NCBI GenBank assembly: GCA_964291405.2
Contig: OZ219926.1
Location: forward strand, 1,664,001 to 1,728,000
Length of the DNA stretch: 64,000 nucleotides
Reading direction: 5' to 3'
Origin: Thermodesulfobacteriota bacterium
GTDB taxonomy: Bacteria; Desulfobacterota; Binatia; Bin18
Numbering within the stretch: the stretch's first letter is position 1; every line of letters begins with the position of its first letter. A program made the translations under genes and the position numbers. A model generated the notes under the pieces. That model made no database searches. It saw nothing but the letters and a program-made list of their open reading frames with translations, and was not told where the DNA came from. Below are positions 24,190-35,491 of the stretch, piece by piece.

Positions 24190-27100
24190 GGTTCCCTCCG
24201 TTCAGATAGGCTTTCAAACACTGTGCCGTGTAGGACTGCTGGACCTTCTTCATGAGTTGCTGGGGTGTACCGCTGGCCACAATATTGCCGCCGGCGGCAC
24301 CGCCTTCGGGACCGAGGTCGATGATGTAATCGGCCTCTTTGATGATGTCGAGATTGTGTTCAATCGTCACCACCGTATTGCCCTTATCAATCAGTCGATG
24401 GAGCGTGTGGATCAGCTTTTCGATATCGGCGAAATGGAGGCCTGTTGTCGGCTCGTCCAATACGTAGAGCGTTTTCCCGCGCGAGCGTTTTGCCAGCTCG
24501 TAGGCCAGTTTGATGCGCTGTGCTTCACCCCCGGACAGCGTATTGCTGGCCTGACCAAGCCGGATATAGCCCATGCCAATATCGTTCAGCAGCTTGAGCG
24601 GTTGCGCGACCTTGGGCACGCCAATGAAAAACGTCGCCGCCTCTTCAATGGTCATTTCAAGCACATCGGCAATATTCTTGCCGTTATAGGCAATTTCCAG
24701 GGTCTCCTCGTTATAGCGCCTGCCACCGCACAGATCGCAGGTGACGTAGACGTCGGGCAGAAAGCTCATCTCCATTTTAATGCGGCCCTGTCCGGCACAG
24801 GTCTCGCAACGCCCACCTTTCACATTGAAAGAGAACCGACCGGGTTTATAGCCGCGCAGCCGTGCATCGGGCAACAGAGAAAAGAGCTTGCGCACCTCGT
24901 CCCAAAAGCCCACGTAGGACGCCGGGACCGAACGCGGAGTTTTCCCGATGGGCGATTGATCGACCTCGACCACACGCTCAATCCCCTCCGTATTGTCAAT
25001 GCTGTCATGCAGCCCGACCCGACCGGCATATAAACCCAGTTTGCGCCGGAGCCCATTGACCAAGACTTCCTGGACTAAGGAACTCTTCCCCGAGCCAGAC
25101 ACCCCGGACACACCGACCCACGTCCCGAGCGGAATATCAATGTCGATATTCTTCAGATTATTCTCTCGCACGCCCCGCATGCGCAGCCGCGGCCGCTCCG
25201 TGAGAGACCGAACCGGACCGAGCCGCGGGTGGGCCGAGGAGAGAAACTGACCGGTGAGGGAGGCCGTGTTCTTGCGTAACTGCTGGGGCGAGCCTATAGC
25301 CACCACTTGACCACCGTGCACCCCGGCGCCTGGCCCCAGGTCGATCACCACATCCGCATTCTCAATAGTCTGCTCGTCGTGTTCGACGACCAGCACGGTG
25401 TTGCCACGTTCTTGCAGATTCCGCAGGGTATCAATCAGGCGGGCATTATCGCGCGGGTGCAGCCCGATGGTCGGTTCGTCCAGGATATAACACACCCCAC
25501 ACAGATTGGAGCCGAGCTGAGCGGCCAGACGAATCCGCTGCGCCTCCCCGCCGGACAAGGTATCCGCGCGGCGGTCCAAGGACAGATAGGACAGGCCGAC
25601 CTGATTCAGAAAGCTGAGTCTGGGAACGATTTCTTTGAGAATCGGTCGCCCGACGAGCGTGTCACGCTCGGACAGAGACAGGTCCTGCAAACGACTGAGG
25701 CAGTCTGCTGCCGACAGACGCATCAGCCCCGGCAGCGACTGGCCACACACCTGTACAGCCCGCGCACGTGGATTCAGACGCTCCCCCTGACATTCCGGAC
25801 AGGCTGACTCACCCAGGAACTGCGACAGCGCGTAGGATGAACCCGTATCCTCGCCGTAGTCAAGCGTTTCATTCAGGATATCGAACGCCCCTTGCAGCCC
25901 CTGACCGTCCCCGGAAAGGACCAGTTGACGCTGCTCCGCGTCCAGTTCGCCAAATGGTCGGTCGACCGGGACACCCAGCTTCTTGAGTCCACGCAGGAGC
26001 TTGTTCTTGGCCCGTTTCAGCTCAGAACGGGCAAGCGGCAGGAGGGCGTCTTGTTTGAGCGACTTGCTCTCGTCCGGGACGACCAGCTCGGGATCGAACT
26101 CCCACAAAAATCCGGCACCGGAGCAGTCCGGGCAGGCTCCCTGGCGGCTGTTAAAGGAAAACAGGCGAGGCTCAGGTTCTTCAAACCCAAGGCCACAAGC
26201 GACACAGAAGAGATGCTCGCTATAGGTCCGCTCGTCTTCGCCGCACACGTGCACCGCACCACTCCCGACCCGCAGGGCCGACTGGAGCAGCGTCTCGGTG
26301 TCACGCCGATTTTCGTTTGCGCCATTCACCAGCGTCTCGCCAATCACAATATCGATGTCGTGCTCTTTATAGCGCTGCAAACTCTGTCCCGGTTCGATCG
26401 TCGTCGGACGGCCGTCGATGCGCGCCTGCTTGAAGCCCAGCTTGCGCGCCCCGGCTAAAATATCTTTGTGAAACCCCTTCCGCCCTCGCACCACCGGAGC
26501 GAAAAAAGTTGTTTTCTGCCCGTGAAAATCGGCCTGAATATGATCCAGGATTTGACTTCGGCTCTGAGCCGCCAACGGCGATCCACACTGGGTACAATGT
26601 TGGACACCGATCTTGGCGTACAGCAGCCGCAAGTAGTGCGACAGTTCGGTCACGGTGGCAACGGTCGAATTCCGCCCGCCCCGACTCATCCGCTGCTCAA
26701 TGGCCACCGTGGGCGGAATACCAGTCAGCAGGTCAACATTGGGCCGGGCGAGCACTTTAATAAATTGCCGCGAGTACGCAGACAGGCTGTCAATATAGCG
26801 TCGCTGGCCTTCGGCGTAGACCAAGTCAAACACTAGCGTTGACTTACCGGAGCCGGACAGACCCGTCACCACCACCATCTGGTCGCGCGGAATATCGACT
26901 GAAATATCTTGCAGGTTGTGTTCCTTGGCCCCAATAATGGCAATGGACTTACCGCTCCCGACCTCAGCGACAAGCGGCCGAGCCGGAGATTTCGCTTTCC
27001 GCCGCTTCCGCTGCGGGCGCCGCCCTGCTGAATCCAAGACTTCCTTCAGATAGCGTCCGGTATGCGAGGCCCGGACCTCGGCCACCTCCTCCGGCGTTCC

Positions 27101-29884
27101 CTCGGCCACAATCGTCCCGCCACCGTCTCCCCCTTCAGGCCCGAGGTCTATCAAATAGTCGGCAGACTTAATGACCTCAAGGTTGTGCTCAATAATCAGG
27201 ACCGAATGGCCATACTCGACCAGTTGGTCGAACGCGTTGAGCAGTTTCTGTATATCGGCAAAATGCAGCCCGGTTGTCGGCTCATCAAAGATGAACAGCG
27301 TGCCGTGGGTGTCGGCGTCTTTGGAGCGCTCCTTGGCAATATGCGTTGCCAGCTTCAGCCGCTGGGCCTCACCCCCGGACAGCGTGGTCAGCGCCTGGCC
27401 CAGACGCATATACTCCAGACCGACTGCGGCCAGCGGGCCCAGACGGCGCTTGAGCTCTTTTTGCTCGCCAAAAAATTCTATGGCTTCGGCAACGGTAAAA
27501 TTCAGAATGTCGGTCAGACTCTTGCCCTTATAGCGAACTTCCAGCACCTCCGCCCGATAACGTTTGCCCTGACACTCGGGGCAGGGGACATACACGTCCG
27601 AGAGAAACTGCATCTCGACTTTTTCAAAGCCCTCACCTTTACACGACTCGCAACGCCCACCCTCGACGTTGAACGAGAAGGTACTCGGCGTATAGCCACG
27701 GACCCGCGCCAATTCGGTTTGCGACAAGAGACGCCGCACCGTATCAAACGCCTTGGTGTAGGTGAGCAGGTTGGCACGCGGAGTTGTACCGATGGCCGAC
27801 TGATCGACAAAGATAATATCGGCAAGCTGATCGCCTCCCAGGATAGCACGGTACGCACCCGGAATGCCGACCGGCTCACCCCGCTGTTTTTTGAGTCCGC
27901 GATACAGCACGTCTTCCACCAGCGTCGATTTGCCGGAGCCGGACACGCCGGTCAGACATACCAGACAGCCGAGCGGAACGGTGACATCGATATCCTGAAG
28001 ATTATGCGCACTCGCTCCTCGGACGGCCAGCCTATGTTTTTTCCTGACGGGCCGGCGTTTCTGCGGGAGCGGAATGGTCAACCGTCCAGACAGGTATTGA
28101 CCGGTCAGCGACTGCTTGTCTTTGAGCAGCCTGGTATACGGCCCGTTGAATACGATCTCGCCGCCTTTTTCACCGGCCAGGGGTCCCAGGTCGATGACAT
28201 TATCCGTCTCGCGAATAATCTCCGGATCGTGCTCAACCACAACAACCGTATTCCCGTTGTCGCGCAGGTCTTGCAGAATACGGACCAGACGCTGGCTATC
28301 GCGCGGATGCAACCCGATAGACGGTTCGTCCAGAATATAGAGGGTGTTGACCAGCGCGGAACCAATCGCCGTGGTCAGGTCCACGCGTTCCAGCTCGCCG
28401 CCGGACAGGGTGCGGGATTGCCGGTCCAGGGTCAGGTATTCCACGCCGACCTCAACCAGATAGCGCAGGCGTTTCCGAATCTCATCCAGCATGAGACGGG
28501 CGACCTGCTCCTGGTAGGCAGTCAGCTTGAGGGCGGCAAAGAATTCCGTGCACGCCCCGATGCTCATCAGATTGATATCGGCCAGGGTTTTGCCCCCAAC
28601 CCGATACAACAGGCTCTCCGGTTTGAGGCGCGCGCCCCGGCAGTCTTCACACGAGAAATAGCCCCGGTAGCGGGCCAGAAAGACGCGCACATGCATTTTA
28701 TACGTTTTGGTTTCCAGCCACTTGAACCAGCCTCGGACGCCGTAGTAGTCATCGTCGCCTTCCATGATGGCCTGCTGTTGCTCCGGGCTGAGCGCCTGCC
28801 AGGCCACGTCGGTCGGAATGTTATGCTGCTCGCAAAAGGAAAATAACTCGCGTCGCTCCCACTGTGCCGCTTTGATCCGCCAAGGCTTAATGGCCCCGTG
28901 TTTCAGCGTCAGGGTCGGATCGGGGACGATCAACTCCGGGTCAATATCAATCGTGCGACCAAACCCGCGGCAGGTATCGCACGCACCGAGCGGGCTATTG
29001 AACGAGAACATATTCGGCACGGGCTCTTGATAGGCAATGCCACACGCCGCGCACTCAAGCTGGTCCGAGAACGGCACCGCGGTGAAAGAGGGAACGTCTC
29101 CTTCATCGCGAGAAGGGGCGGGAGACGTTTCCTCTTTGTTGTCTTCATCGGGAAAAATCAGCGTCAGGCGACCCTTGCCATACTGAAAGGCCTGTTCGCA
29201 TGAGTCGTGGATGCGCTTTTTGGAGCGGGGAGTAAGGGTCAGACGATCAACCAGAACGGTGCAGGTTTCCGGCTCCGCCTCGGGCCGGTCTGCCAGCTCC
29301 TGAATATCGATCGGCTTACCAGCCACAACGATTCGATGGAAACCGGACTGCAACAAGCCGTTACGGACTTCCTCCCAGGGCAGGCTGGCCGGCGTTGACA
29401 CGCTGAACGTGACCAGAAAGCGGCAGCCGTCCGACTTTTCTTTGCGCAGCTTTTTGTACACTGACTCGGCCGAGTCACGCTCCACCGGCTGATCGCATTC
29501 CCGACAGTACAGACTCCCTATTTTGGCAAACAGGAGCTTGAGATGGTCGTGCAGTTCGGTCATGGTCCCAACGGTTGAGCGCGAGGTCCGCACCGGCCGG
29601 TTCTGGTCAATGGCAATGGCCGGTAGAATGCCGTCAATGCGCTCGACCTGGGGCTTGTCCATACGGTCGAGAAACTGCCGCGCGTAGGCCGAGAAGCTCT
29701 CGACGTAGCGACGCTGACCTTCAGCGTACAAAATATCGAAAGCCAGGCTCGACTTGCCCGACCCACTGACTCCGGTCACCACTGTCAGTTGGTGCAGGGG
29801 AATCTGCACATCGATGTTTTTGAGATTGTTCTGGCGCGCGCCAGTTACCCGAATCGAGCCACCACCCGTCCCGTTGGTTTCCAA
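24170..29884 (-). CDS. uvrA: double-length (tandem-duplicated) excinuclease ABC subunit A
   Basis: Four Walker A motifs ([40 protein letters not shown]), four LSGGE signatures, CxxC Zn modules and a linker between two full UvrA units. TTG 29884 after GGAGG preferred over ORF start 29965. Confidence 0.95.
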   Translation of the reverse strand: METNGTGGGSIRVTGARQNNLKNIDVQIPLHQLTVVTGVSGSGKSSLAFDILYAEGQRRYVESFSAYARQFLDRMDKPQVERIDGILPAIAIDQNRPVRTSRSTVGTMTELHDHLKLLFAKIGSLYCRECDQPVERDSAESVYKKLRKEKSDGCRFLVTFSVSTPASLPWEEVRNGLLQSGFHRIVVAGKPIDIQELADRPEAEPETCTVLVDRLTLTPRSKKRIHDSCEQAFQYGKGRLTLIFPDEDNKEETSPAPSRDEGDVPSFTAVPFSDQLECAACGIAYQEPVPNMFSFNSPLGACDTCRGFGRTIDIDPELIVPDPTLTLKHGAIKPWRIKAAQWERRELFSFCEQHNIPTDVAWQALSPEQQQAIMEGDDDYYGVRGWFKWLETKTYKMHVRVFLARYRGYFSCEDCRGARLKPESLLYRVGGKTLADINLMSIGACTEFFAALKLTAYQEQVARLMLDEIRKRLRYLVEVGVEYLTLDRQSRTLSGGELERVDLTTAIGSALVNTLYILDEPSIGLHPRDSQRLVRILQDLRDNGNTVVVVEHDPEIIRETDNVIDLGPLAGEKGGEIVFNGPYTRLLKDKQSLTGQYLSGRLTIPLPQKRRPVRKKHRLAVRGASAHNLQDIDVTVPLGCLVCLTGVSGSGKSTLVEDVLYRGLKKQRGEPVGIPGAYRAILGGDQLADIIFVDQSAIGTTPRANLLTYTKAFDTVRRLLSQTELARVRGYTPSTFSFNVEGGRCESCKGEGFEKVEMQFLSDVYVPCPECQGKRYRAEVLEVRYKGKSLTDILNFTVAEAIEFFGEQKELKRRLGPLAAVGLEYMRLGQALTTLSGGEAQRLKLATHIAKERSKDADTHGTLFIFDEPTTGLHFADIQKLLNAFDQLVEYGHSVLIIEHNLEVIKSADYLIDLGPEGGDGGGTIVAEGTPEEVAEVRASHTGRYLKEVLDSAGRRPQRKRRKAKSPARPLVAEVGSGKSIAIIGAKEHNLQDISVDIPRDQMVVVTGLSGSGKSTLVFDLVYAEGQRRYIDSLSAYSRQFIKVLARPNVDLLTGIPPTVAIEQRMSRGGRNSTVATVTELSHYLRLLYAKIGVQHCTQCGSPLAAQSRSQILDHIQADFHGQKTTFFAPVVRGRKGFHKDILAGARKLGFKQARIDGRPTTIEPGQSLQRYKEHDIDIVIGETLVNGANENRRDTETLLQSALRVGSGAVHVCGEDERTYSEHLFCVACGLGFEEPEPRLFSFNSRQGACPDCSGAGFLWEFDPELVVPDESKSLKQDALLPLARSELKRAKNKLLRGLKKLGVPVDRPFGELDAEQRQLVLSGDGQGLQGAFDILNETLDYGEDTGSSYALSQFLGESACPECQGERLNPRARAVQVCGQSLPGLMRLSAADCLSRLQDLSLSERDTLVGRPILKEIVPRLSFLNQVGLSYLSLDRRADTLSGGEAQRIRLAAQLGSNLCGVCYILDEPTIGLHPRDNARLIDTLRNLQERGNTVLVVEHDEQTIENADVVIDLGPGAGVHGGQVVAIGSPQQLRKNTASLTGQFLSSAHPRLGPVRSLTERPRLRMRGVRENNLKNIDIDIPLGTWVGVSGVSGSGKSSLVQEVLVNGLRRKLGLYAGRVGLHDSIDNTEGIERVVEVDQSPIGKTPRSVPASYVGFWDEVRKLFSLLPDARLRGYKPGRFSFNVKGGRCETCAGQGRIKMEMSFLPDVYVTCDLCGGRRYNEETLEIAYNGKNIADVLEMTIEEAATFFIGVPKVAQPLKLLNDIGMGYIRLGQASNTLSGGEAQRIKLAYELAKRSRGKTLYVLDEPTTGLHFADIEKLIHTLHRLIDKGNTVVTIEHNLDIIKEADYIIDLGPEGGAAGGNIVASGTPQQLMKKVQQSYTAQCLKAYLNGGNHGARAD

Positions 29885-30118
29885 TCCTGCCCTCCACGTA
29901 TAGCAATCAGTGGCCAGGTCGAGATGTGGGGTCCACCTCTGCCGCCGGACCGTTGTCTCCTTCATACTGAGCCGAGCCGGTTCCGTCTAGTCGGGCGTGT
30001 GATTTCGCTCTTGGAGTGCACTGGTGCTGGCCGGGAGCGTGAGCTTCTGGCCCACAGAAAGCAGCCTCAGGCCGCCTCGTCTACGCCCCAACTTGCATGC
30101 TAGAGATGAAAAGCTGTT

Positions 30119-31477
30119 ATGGTCGCCCAGCCTTCTCCATCCTCCATATCACCCCAGCGTATCCTTTTTGTCACCGAGCCGGGTATGGGTCATGTCCATC
30201 CGTTGCTGCCGGTGATGCACAACCTCCAGGCCAGGGGCCACGCCGTTGCCTTGGCCACCAGCCGGCTGTATCAGGAGCGTATCGAGCGCGAGGGCCTGCC
30301 ATTCTACCCCCTCAGCCCCCACTACTCCGAAGAACGCCTAGAGGAATTTTTCCCGCCCATTCGCTATCTGCGTATCCATTATCTGCGCGTGAGCTACGAC
30401 TTTTTACGCATCTTCATGGCTTCAATACCCACACGTATCCCGGAACTCCGACAGATTACTCAGGTCTTCCGGCCCCGCGTTGTTGTGGCCGGACCGTTGA
30501 CCTTTGCCGCCCAGCTTTTTTGCGAGCAGCAGGCAATGCCGTGGGCCGTGCTGAGCCCCATGACCCACTTCATGTCCCCGAGTCTGCACGCCCCTCCGGC
30601 CGGCTTGCCACGAGTAGAAACCATACCCGCGGCCCTCCGTTTTCCCTATCGGCTCGGACTCAAAGGCGCGCTCCGCGTGGCCACGACGCTAATGGCTCCG
30701 TGGCGCTTTGCCCTGAATCGCTATCGCCGGCAGCTTGGACTCCCTCCCCATGCCGACCCACTCTCACCCCAGGCCGTCGCCCCGTCCTTACTCATCCATA
30801 CCTGTAGTCGGGAATATGATTACAATCGGCCCGACCTGCCGCCCCAAGTGCATTACGTTGGTCCATCGGTATGGGACCGGCCGATTGACTGGCAAACGCC
30901 GGGTTGGCTGACGGAGGTACCACAGGGCAAGCCGCTTGTGTACGTCAGCCTCGGCACAGTTTTTAATACGCGCCTGAGTGTCTTCCAAAAAATTATTCGC
31001 GCCCTCGGTCAGCTCGACGTCTTCGGTCTGGTTGCCACCGGTCCCGGTTGTCCGCCCGATCTTTTTTCGGCAGTTCCGTCTAATGTGCGTATCGAGTCGT
31101 ATATTCCGCAGACGGTGCTACAAGCAGAGCCGAAAACTCGCCCGGCCCTGATCATTTCACACGGTGGAGTGAACACCGTGCTGACCGCACTGTCCGACGG
31201 GATTCCGCTACTGTGCATCCCCCTCGGCGCGGATCAGCCCGATAATGCCCAGCGCTGCGTAGATGTCGGAGCCGGTCTGCGGTTGGACCGACGCCTGCTG
31301 ACGACCGCCCGACTCAAACGCGCTATCCACACCCTGCTCAGTCAGGGCTCGTTCACCCGTCAGGCAGAACAGATGCAACGCACCCTGCGCCAGCATAACG
31401 GTCCCGAGGAAGCCGCGAATCTTATTCTTCGACTGGCTGAAACCAGGACGGCGGTCCACCGTACCTCCCTTGACTAG
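30119..31477 (+). CDS. GT1 (UDP-glycosyltransferase/MGT-like) glycosyltransferase
   Basis: PGMGHVHP, VYVSLGT, YIPQ, ISHGGVNT, PLGADQPDNA. Confidence 0.92.
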   Translation: MVAQPSPSSISPQRILFVTEPGMGHVHPLLPVMHNLQARGHAVALATSRLYQERIEREGLPFYPLSPHYSEERLEEFFPPIRYLRIHYLRVSYDFLRIFMASIPTRIPELRQITQVFRPRVVVAGPLTFAAQLFCEQQAMPWAVLSPMTHFMSPSLHAPPAGLPRVETIPAALRFPYRLGLKGALRVATTLMAPWRFALNRYRRQLGLPPHADPLSPQAVAPSLLIHTCSREYDYNRPDLPPQVHYVGPSVWDRPIDWQTPGWLTEVPQGKPLVYVSLGTVFNTRLSVFQKIIRALGQLDVFGLVATGPGCPPDLFSAVPSNVRIESYIPQTVLQAEPKTRPALIISHGGVNTVLTALSDGIPLLCIPLGADQPDNAQRCVDVGAGLRLDRRLLTTARLKRAIHTLLSQGSFTRQAEQMQRTLRQHNGPEEAANLILRLAETRTAVHRTSLD

Positions 31478-31539
31478 GGGCCAGTGGTTCTCTTTCGGTA
31501 CGTGACGGGGTATAGCAAGGGAAAGAAGAAGGAGTACCC

Positions 31540-32127
31540 ATGACCACACTGCTCGGTATTTCAGGCAGTCTCACGGCCGGCGGCAGTACTCGAACTGTTG
31601 TCGATGCCGCACTGGCAGCCGCGCAAACACACGCCCCGGACATCACGACCGACGTGATCGACCTGCGTGACGTGACCATCTCTTTTTGTGACGGGCGACC
31701 ACCCGAAGACTACCCGGACGACACCCCCCACGTCCTTAAACGCATCAACGCTGCCAACGCCTATATCATCGGCACACCCATCTATCGAGGTTCATACACC
31801 GGAGCCCTCAAGAACCTGCTCGACCATATTCCGGTCGAAGCCTTTATGGGCAAGGTCGTGGGTTTGATTGGGAACGCTTATACCGACCATCACTACCTCA
31901 GCATCGACCAGGAGCTGAAACCGGTATTGGCCTGGTTCAATACGCACATCGTCCCTGGAAGCGTGTATGTTCGAGCCGACCAGATGAAGGCCGGAGAGAT
32001 TACTGATGAGCGGGTGCAGGATCACCTGCGTCAGCTCGGAGAGGCCGTCATCAGGCTGTGCCACAGCCTGAAAGACAGTCCCCAAGGCCCCCCGCCATTA
32101 GTCTTATGGCCGCGAAAGAAATCCTAA
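31540..32127 (+). CDS. NAD(P)H-dependent FMN reductase (SsuE/MsuE-like)
   Basis: GISGSL...S.T, GTPIYRGSYTGALKNLLD, DHHYL. Confidence 0.9.
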   Translation: MTTLLGISGSLTAGGSTRTVVDAALAAAQTHAPDITTDVIDLRDVTISFCDGRPPEDYPDDTPHVLKRINAANAYIIGTPIYRGSYTGALKNLLDHIPVEAFMGKVVGLIGNAYTDHHYLSIDQELKPVLAWFNTHIVPGSVYVRADQMKAGEITDERVQDHLRQLGEAVIRLCHSLKDSPQGPPPLVLWPRKKS

Positions 32128-32244
32128 ATTCTCCGATATTATAAAATCCAGGAGCGAGGTGACACATACTCCTCTCCTTTCCACTTTTCTTGACGCCTGT
32201 CCGCTGGCGGCATACCCTAGCGCCCGGCACAGGAGGAAGACCGA

Positions 32245-33243
32245 ATGCGGTTTGTCATCTTTGGGGCAGGTGCGGTCGGCAGCACGGTCGGCGCCCATCT
32301 CTCAAAAGCCGGCGCTGCCGTCCTGCTTATCGGAGACCCGCCCCATATTGAGAAAATTCAGACGGACGGACTGAAAATATCCGGCAAGTATGGCGAATTT
32401 GTAACCACGCCAGCGGCCTGTTCCGCTCTGGACGATTGGCAGTTCCAGTCGGACGACGTTGTTTTCCTGTGTGTCAAAACCTATGACACCCCTGTTGCCC
32501 TTGAGCAACTGCGCGCTAAGGTCCTGTCCGATACTCCCATTTTCTGTCTCCAGAACACCATGACCAATGAAGAGTTGGCGGTCGAACATTTCAGCAATGT
32601 CTATGGCGCGGCTCTACATCTGGGGGCTCGCTTTGTCTTTCCCGGTGAGGTTGGCCACCTGGGTGGCAATTCGCTGGTGATTGGTCGCTATCTCAGCGGT
32701 CTTGACGAGACCACGGAACAGGTCGTGGCCGCCCTGCAAGCCGCCAATATGGGCGGAACGCTGACGGACGATATTCTGGCCTGCAAGTGGGCGAAATTTT
32801 GCATCAATCTGATGAACGCGCCAGCCGCGATTCTCGACCGCTCCGGACCGGAGTTGCTGAACGACCCGGACTCGCGCCGCTTATGCGGCGACATGCTGGC
32901 AGAAGCCCAGCACGTCCTGGCTCGGGCCGAGATCAAACTCAAAACCCTGCCCGGTGACCAGCCCTTGCCGGATATGGTGACCGCATTTCGTCAGACCGAC
33001 TTTACCCCACAGCCCTTGCCCGACCGCTCGACCCATGTTTTCCCGTCCATGTGGCAGGATGTATTCTGTCGGCGGGGCAGAACGGAAGCACGCTATCTCA
33101 ATGGTCGGGTCCACGAGATGGGGCAAAAACTCGGGATTGCCACCCCGATCAACGCTCTCCTCACTCAGGTAGTCGACACCATGGCGGAGCGACGGGAACT
33201 GCCGGGCACGTATACGCTATCTGGTTTGCGCCGCATGCTGTAA
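32245..33243 (+). CDS. ketopantoate reductase (PanE/ApbA) family protein
   Basis: [40 protein letters not shown]. Confidence 0.9.
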   Translation: MRFVIFGAGAVGSTVGAHLSKAGAAVLLIGDPPHIEKIQTDGLKISGKYGEFVTTPAACSALDDWQFQSDDVVFLCVKTYDTPVALEQLRAKVLSDTPIFCLQNTMTNEELAVEHFSNVYGAALHLGARFVFPGEVGHLGGNSLVIGRYLSGLDETTEQVVAALQAANMGGTLTDDILACKWAKFCINLMNAPAAILDRSGPELLNDPDSRRLCGDMLAEAQHVLARAEIKLKTLPGDQPLPDMVTAFRQTDFTPQPLPDRSTHVFPSMWQDVFCRRGRTEARYLNGRVHEMGQKLGIATPINALLTQVVDTMAERRELPGTYTLSGLRRML

Positions 33244-33271
33244 CCCGCCAGTCACGCATCAGGATAGATCC

Positions 33272-33691
33272 ATGCCACACCTGCCCTTTCACCTCGCCCT
33301 CCCAGTTCATAACCTGGAGGCTGCCCGGACATTTTATGTTGACCTGCTAGGCTGTTCGGTTGGCCGCGAGAGCGCGACCTGGATTGATTTCAATTTTTTC
33401 GGACATCAGGTCACCACCCATCTTTCTCCTGAAGCACCCCGACCTGCGGCCACCAATCCGGTCGACGGCCAGCAGGTTCCGGTTCGGCATTTTGGTGTGA
33501 TTCTCGACTGGGACGCCTGGCAGGCGTTGGCTGAGCAATTGACACAGGCCGGTGTCTCGTTCTTAATCGAGCCCGGCATTCGTTTTCGCGGCCAGGTGGG
33601 TGAACAGGCCACCATGTTTCTCTTGGACCCCAGCCACAACGGGCTGGAGTTCAAGGCGTTTCGAGACCGGGGGCAGATTTTTGCCCGATAG
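33272..33691 (+). CDS. VOC/glyoxalase family protein
   Basis: [47 protein letters not shown]. Confidence 0.92.
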   Translation: MPHLPFHLALPVHNLEAARTFYVDLLGCSVGRESATWIDFNFFGHQVTTHLSPEAPRPAATNPVDGQQVPVRHFGVILDWDAWQALAEQLTQAGVSFLIEPGIRFRGQVGEQATMFLLDPSHNGLEFKAFRDRGQIFAR

Positions 33692-33717
33692 AAATCAGTG
33701 AAAAACAGGAGGATCCT

Positions 33718-34770
33718 ATGAAAGCGCTGGCATTTTTAGGCGTAGACAAGGTCGGCATTATCGACAAACCCATTCCTGACCCTGGTCCGAACGATGCAGT
33801 GATTAAGACAACGGCTTCACTGATCTGCACCTCGGATGTGCATACCGTGCGGGGTGTCATCCAGATTCCCGAGGGCCGGGTCCTCGGCCACGAGAGCGTT
33901 GGCGTCGTGTATCAGGCCGGTGCGAATGTTACGACCTGTAAAGAGGGCGACCGGGTGGTGGTGAACGCCATCACGCCGTGCGGCAAGTGCGACCCCTGCC
34001 AGCGCGGCATTACCTCGCAGTGCGGCGGCATGCTGGGCGGCTATAAGTTCACCACTCAGCGCGACGGCAATATGGCCGAATACTTTTTTGTCAACGATGC
34101 CGACTACAACGTGGTCGCCATCCCGGATGAGCTGACGGACGAGCAGGCGCTCTACACCACAGACATGATGTCCACCGGCCTGGTGGGAGCCGAGAACGCG
34201 GAGATTCCGGCTGGCGGGACGGCGGCAGTCTTCGCCCAAGGTCCGGTCGGGCTGTGCGCCACGGCCAGCGCGCGACTGCTGGGCGCCGGGCTGGTCATCG
34301 CCGTTGACTCCAAGCCGGACCGCAAGGAACTCGCCAAAACGATGGGCGCCGATATTGTTGTCGATCCGACCGAAGGAGACGCGGTCGAACAGATTATGCA
34401 ACTCACGAACGGCCTCGGCGTGGATTCCGCGATTGAGGCGCTGGGCTCTCCGACTACCTTTGAGAACTGTGTGAAAGCGACCAAGCCGGGCGGAGTGATA
34501 TCGAATATCGGCTATCATGGGGAGGCCGGCGATGCGTTGAGTATCCCGCTGCCGGATTTCGGTCTGGGCATGGGCGACAAGAAAATTCACACGGCGCTGT
34601 GCCCGGGCGGGCGGGAGCAGGTCACGCGCCTGCTGCGGCTGATTCAGAACGGACGCATTGACCCCACGCCATTGACCACCCATCGGTTTCCCTTTACGGA
34701 AGTCGAGACCGCGTTCACTATGATGACGACCAAGGCGGACAATATCGTCAAGCCGCTCATTATGTTTTAG
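33718..34770 (+). CDS. secondary (isopropanol-type) Zn alcohol dehydrogenase
   Basis: ICTSDVHTV, GHESVG, TDMMSTG, QGPVGL, LCPGGRE. Confidence 0.9.
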   Translation: MKALAFLGVDKVGIIDKPIPDPGPNDAVIKTTASLICTSDVHTVRGVIQIPEGRVLGHESVGVVYQAGANVTTCKEGDRVVVNAITPCGKCDPCQRGITSQCGGMLGGYKFTTQRDGNMAEYFFVNDADYNVVAIPDELTDEQALYTTDMMSTGLVGAENAEIPAGGTAAVFAQGPVGLCATASARLLGAGLVIAVDSKPDRKELAKTMGADIVVDPTEGDAVEQIMQLTNGLGVDSAIEALGSPTTFENCVKATKPGGVISNIGYHGEAGDALSIPLPDFGLGMGDKKIHTALCPGGREQVTRLLRLIQNGRIDPTPLTTHRFPFTEVETAFTMMTTKADNIVKPLIMF

Positions 34771-34797
34771 GGGCAGGTGAAGAGTGATGAGCGAGGA

Positions 34798-34874
34798 ACC
34801 CACCCCGGCCTTCGGCCATCGGAGCAATATGCAATCCCCTCCTTGGGGGGGTGACCCAAAGGGCCAGGGTGGGT
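34798..34874. repeat. degenerate REP-like palindrome overlapping the TPR gene start
   Basis: ACCCACCCCGGCC (34798) vs GGCCAGGGTGGGT (ends 34874) inverted; internal TCCCCTCCTTGGGGGGG. Confidence 0.5.
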
Positions 34875-35491
34875 TGTCCCTTTTATCCCCTCTCCCCTGG
34901 AGGGAGTCTTCTGCTCACTCCCTCGTCCTCTCCGCCTACCTTATCCCACTCAGCCTCTTGCTCTGCCTCTTCTCCTCTCCACCCGCCGTTGCTCAGGACA
35001 ACCTCCAAACCGGGGTCCAACTCTTTGAGGCCGGCCAGTTGGTCGAAGCGCGTCAATTTTTTGAGGCCCTGCACCAGCAGCAACCGACCAATACAAGCGC
35101 GCCCTTTTATTTGGGACGGATTGCCTATGCCGAGAAAAACTATGAACAGGCCGTCCCCTGGTTCGAGAAGGCTGTGGACGGCGAACAGTGCAATGCCGAC
35201 TATCATGTGTGGCTGGGACGCGCCTACGGACGTCACGTCGAGCAGATGAACATGTTCCGCAGGCTCCGTAATCTCTCTCTCGTCAGGAACGTCCGTACTC
35301 ACTTTGAAAAAGCGGTCGGCTGCGACCCCACCCACGTAGCGGCCCACTGGGACCTGATGCAGTACTATAGGGATGCTCCAGGTTTCGTGGGCGGCAGCCG
35401 AAAAAAAGCCGAGGAACAGGCCACCATCATCACCCGCCTCGACCCCGCCGAGGGCCAAAAAGCACGGCAGTTCATCGCCGAAATGGACTAG
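34829..35491 (+). CDS. secreted TPR-repeat protein
   Basis: Signal-like segment ending AVA-Q; TPR helices (YLGRIAY..KNYEQAVPWFEKAV; YHVWLGRAYG); APGFVGGS. Start is uncertain (34784, 34787 or 34829). Confidence 0.8.
   Translation: MQSPPWGGDPKGQGGLSLLSPLPWRESSAHSLVLSAYLIPLSLLLCLFSSPPAVAQDNLQTGVQLFEAGQLVEARQFFEALHQQQPTNTSAPFYLGRIAYAEKNYEQAVPWFEKAVDGEQCNADYHVWLGRAYGRHVEQMNMFRRLRNLSLVRNVRTHFEKAVGCDPTHVAAHWDLMQYYRDAPGFVGGSRKKAEEQATIITRLDPAEGQKARQFIAEMD

Noticed and set aside
27062-28846. 594-aa + strand ORF, and similar long ORFs at 14613-15557, 33817-34827 and 44385-45266
   Set aside because: These are antisense shadows of uvrA, ahcY, the ADH and the membrane-protein gene; they are expected in GC-rich coding DNA and show no motifs.
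29885-30118. LexA box upstream of uvrA
   Set aside because: No convincing palindrome matching the SOS-box types I know.
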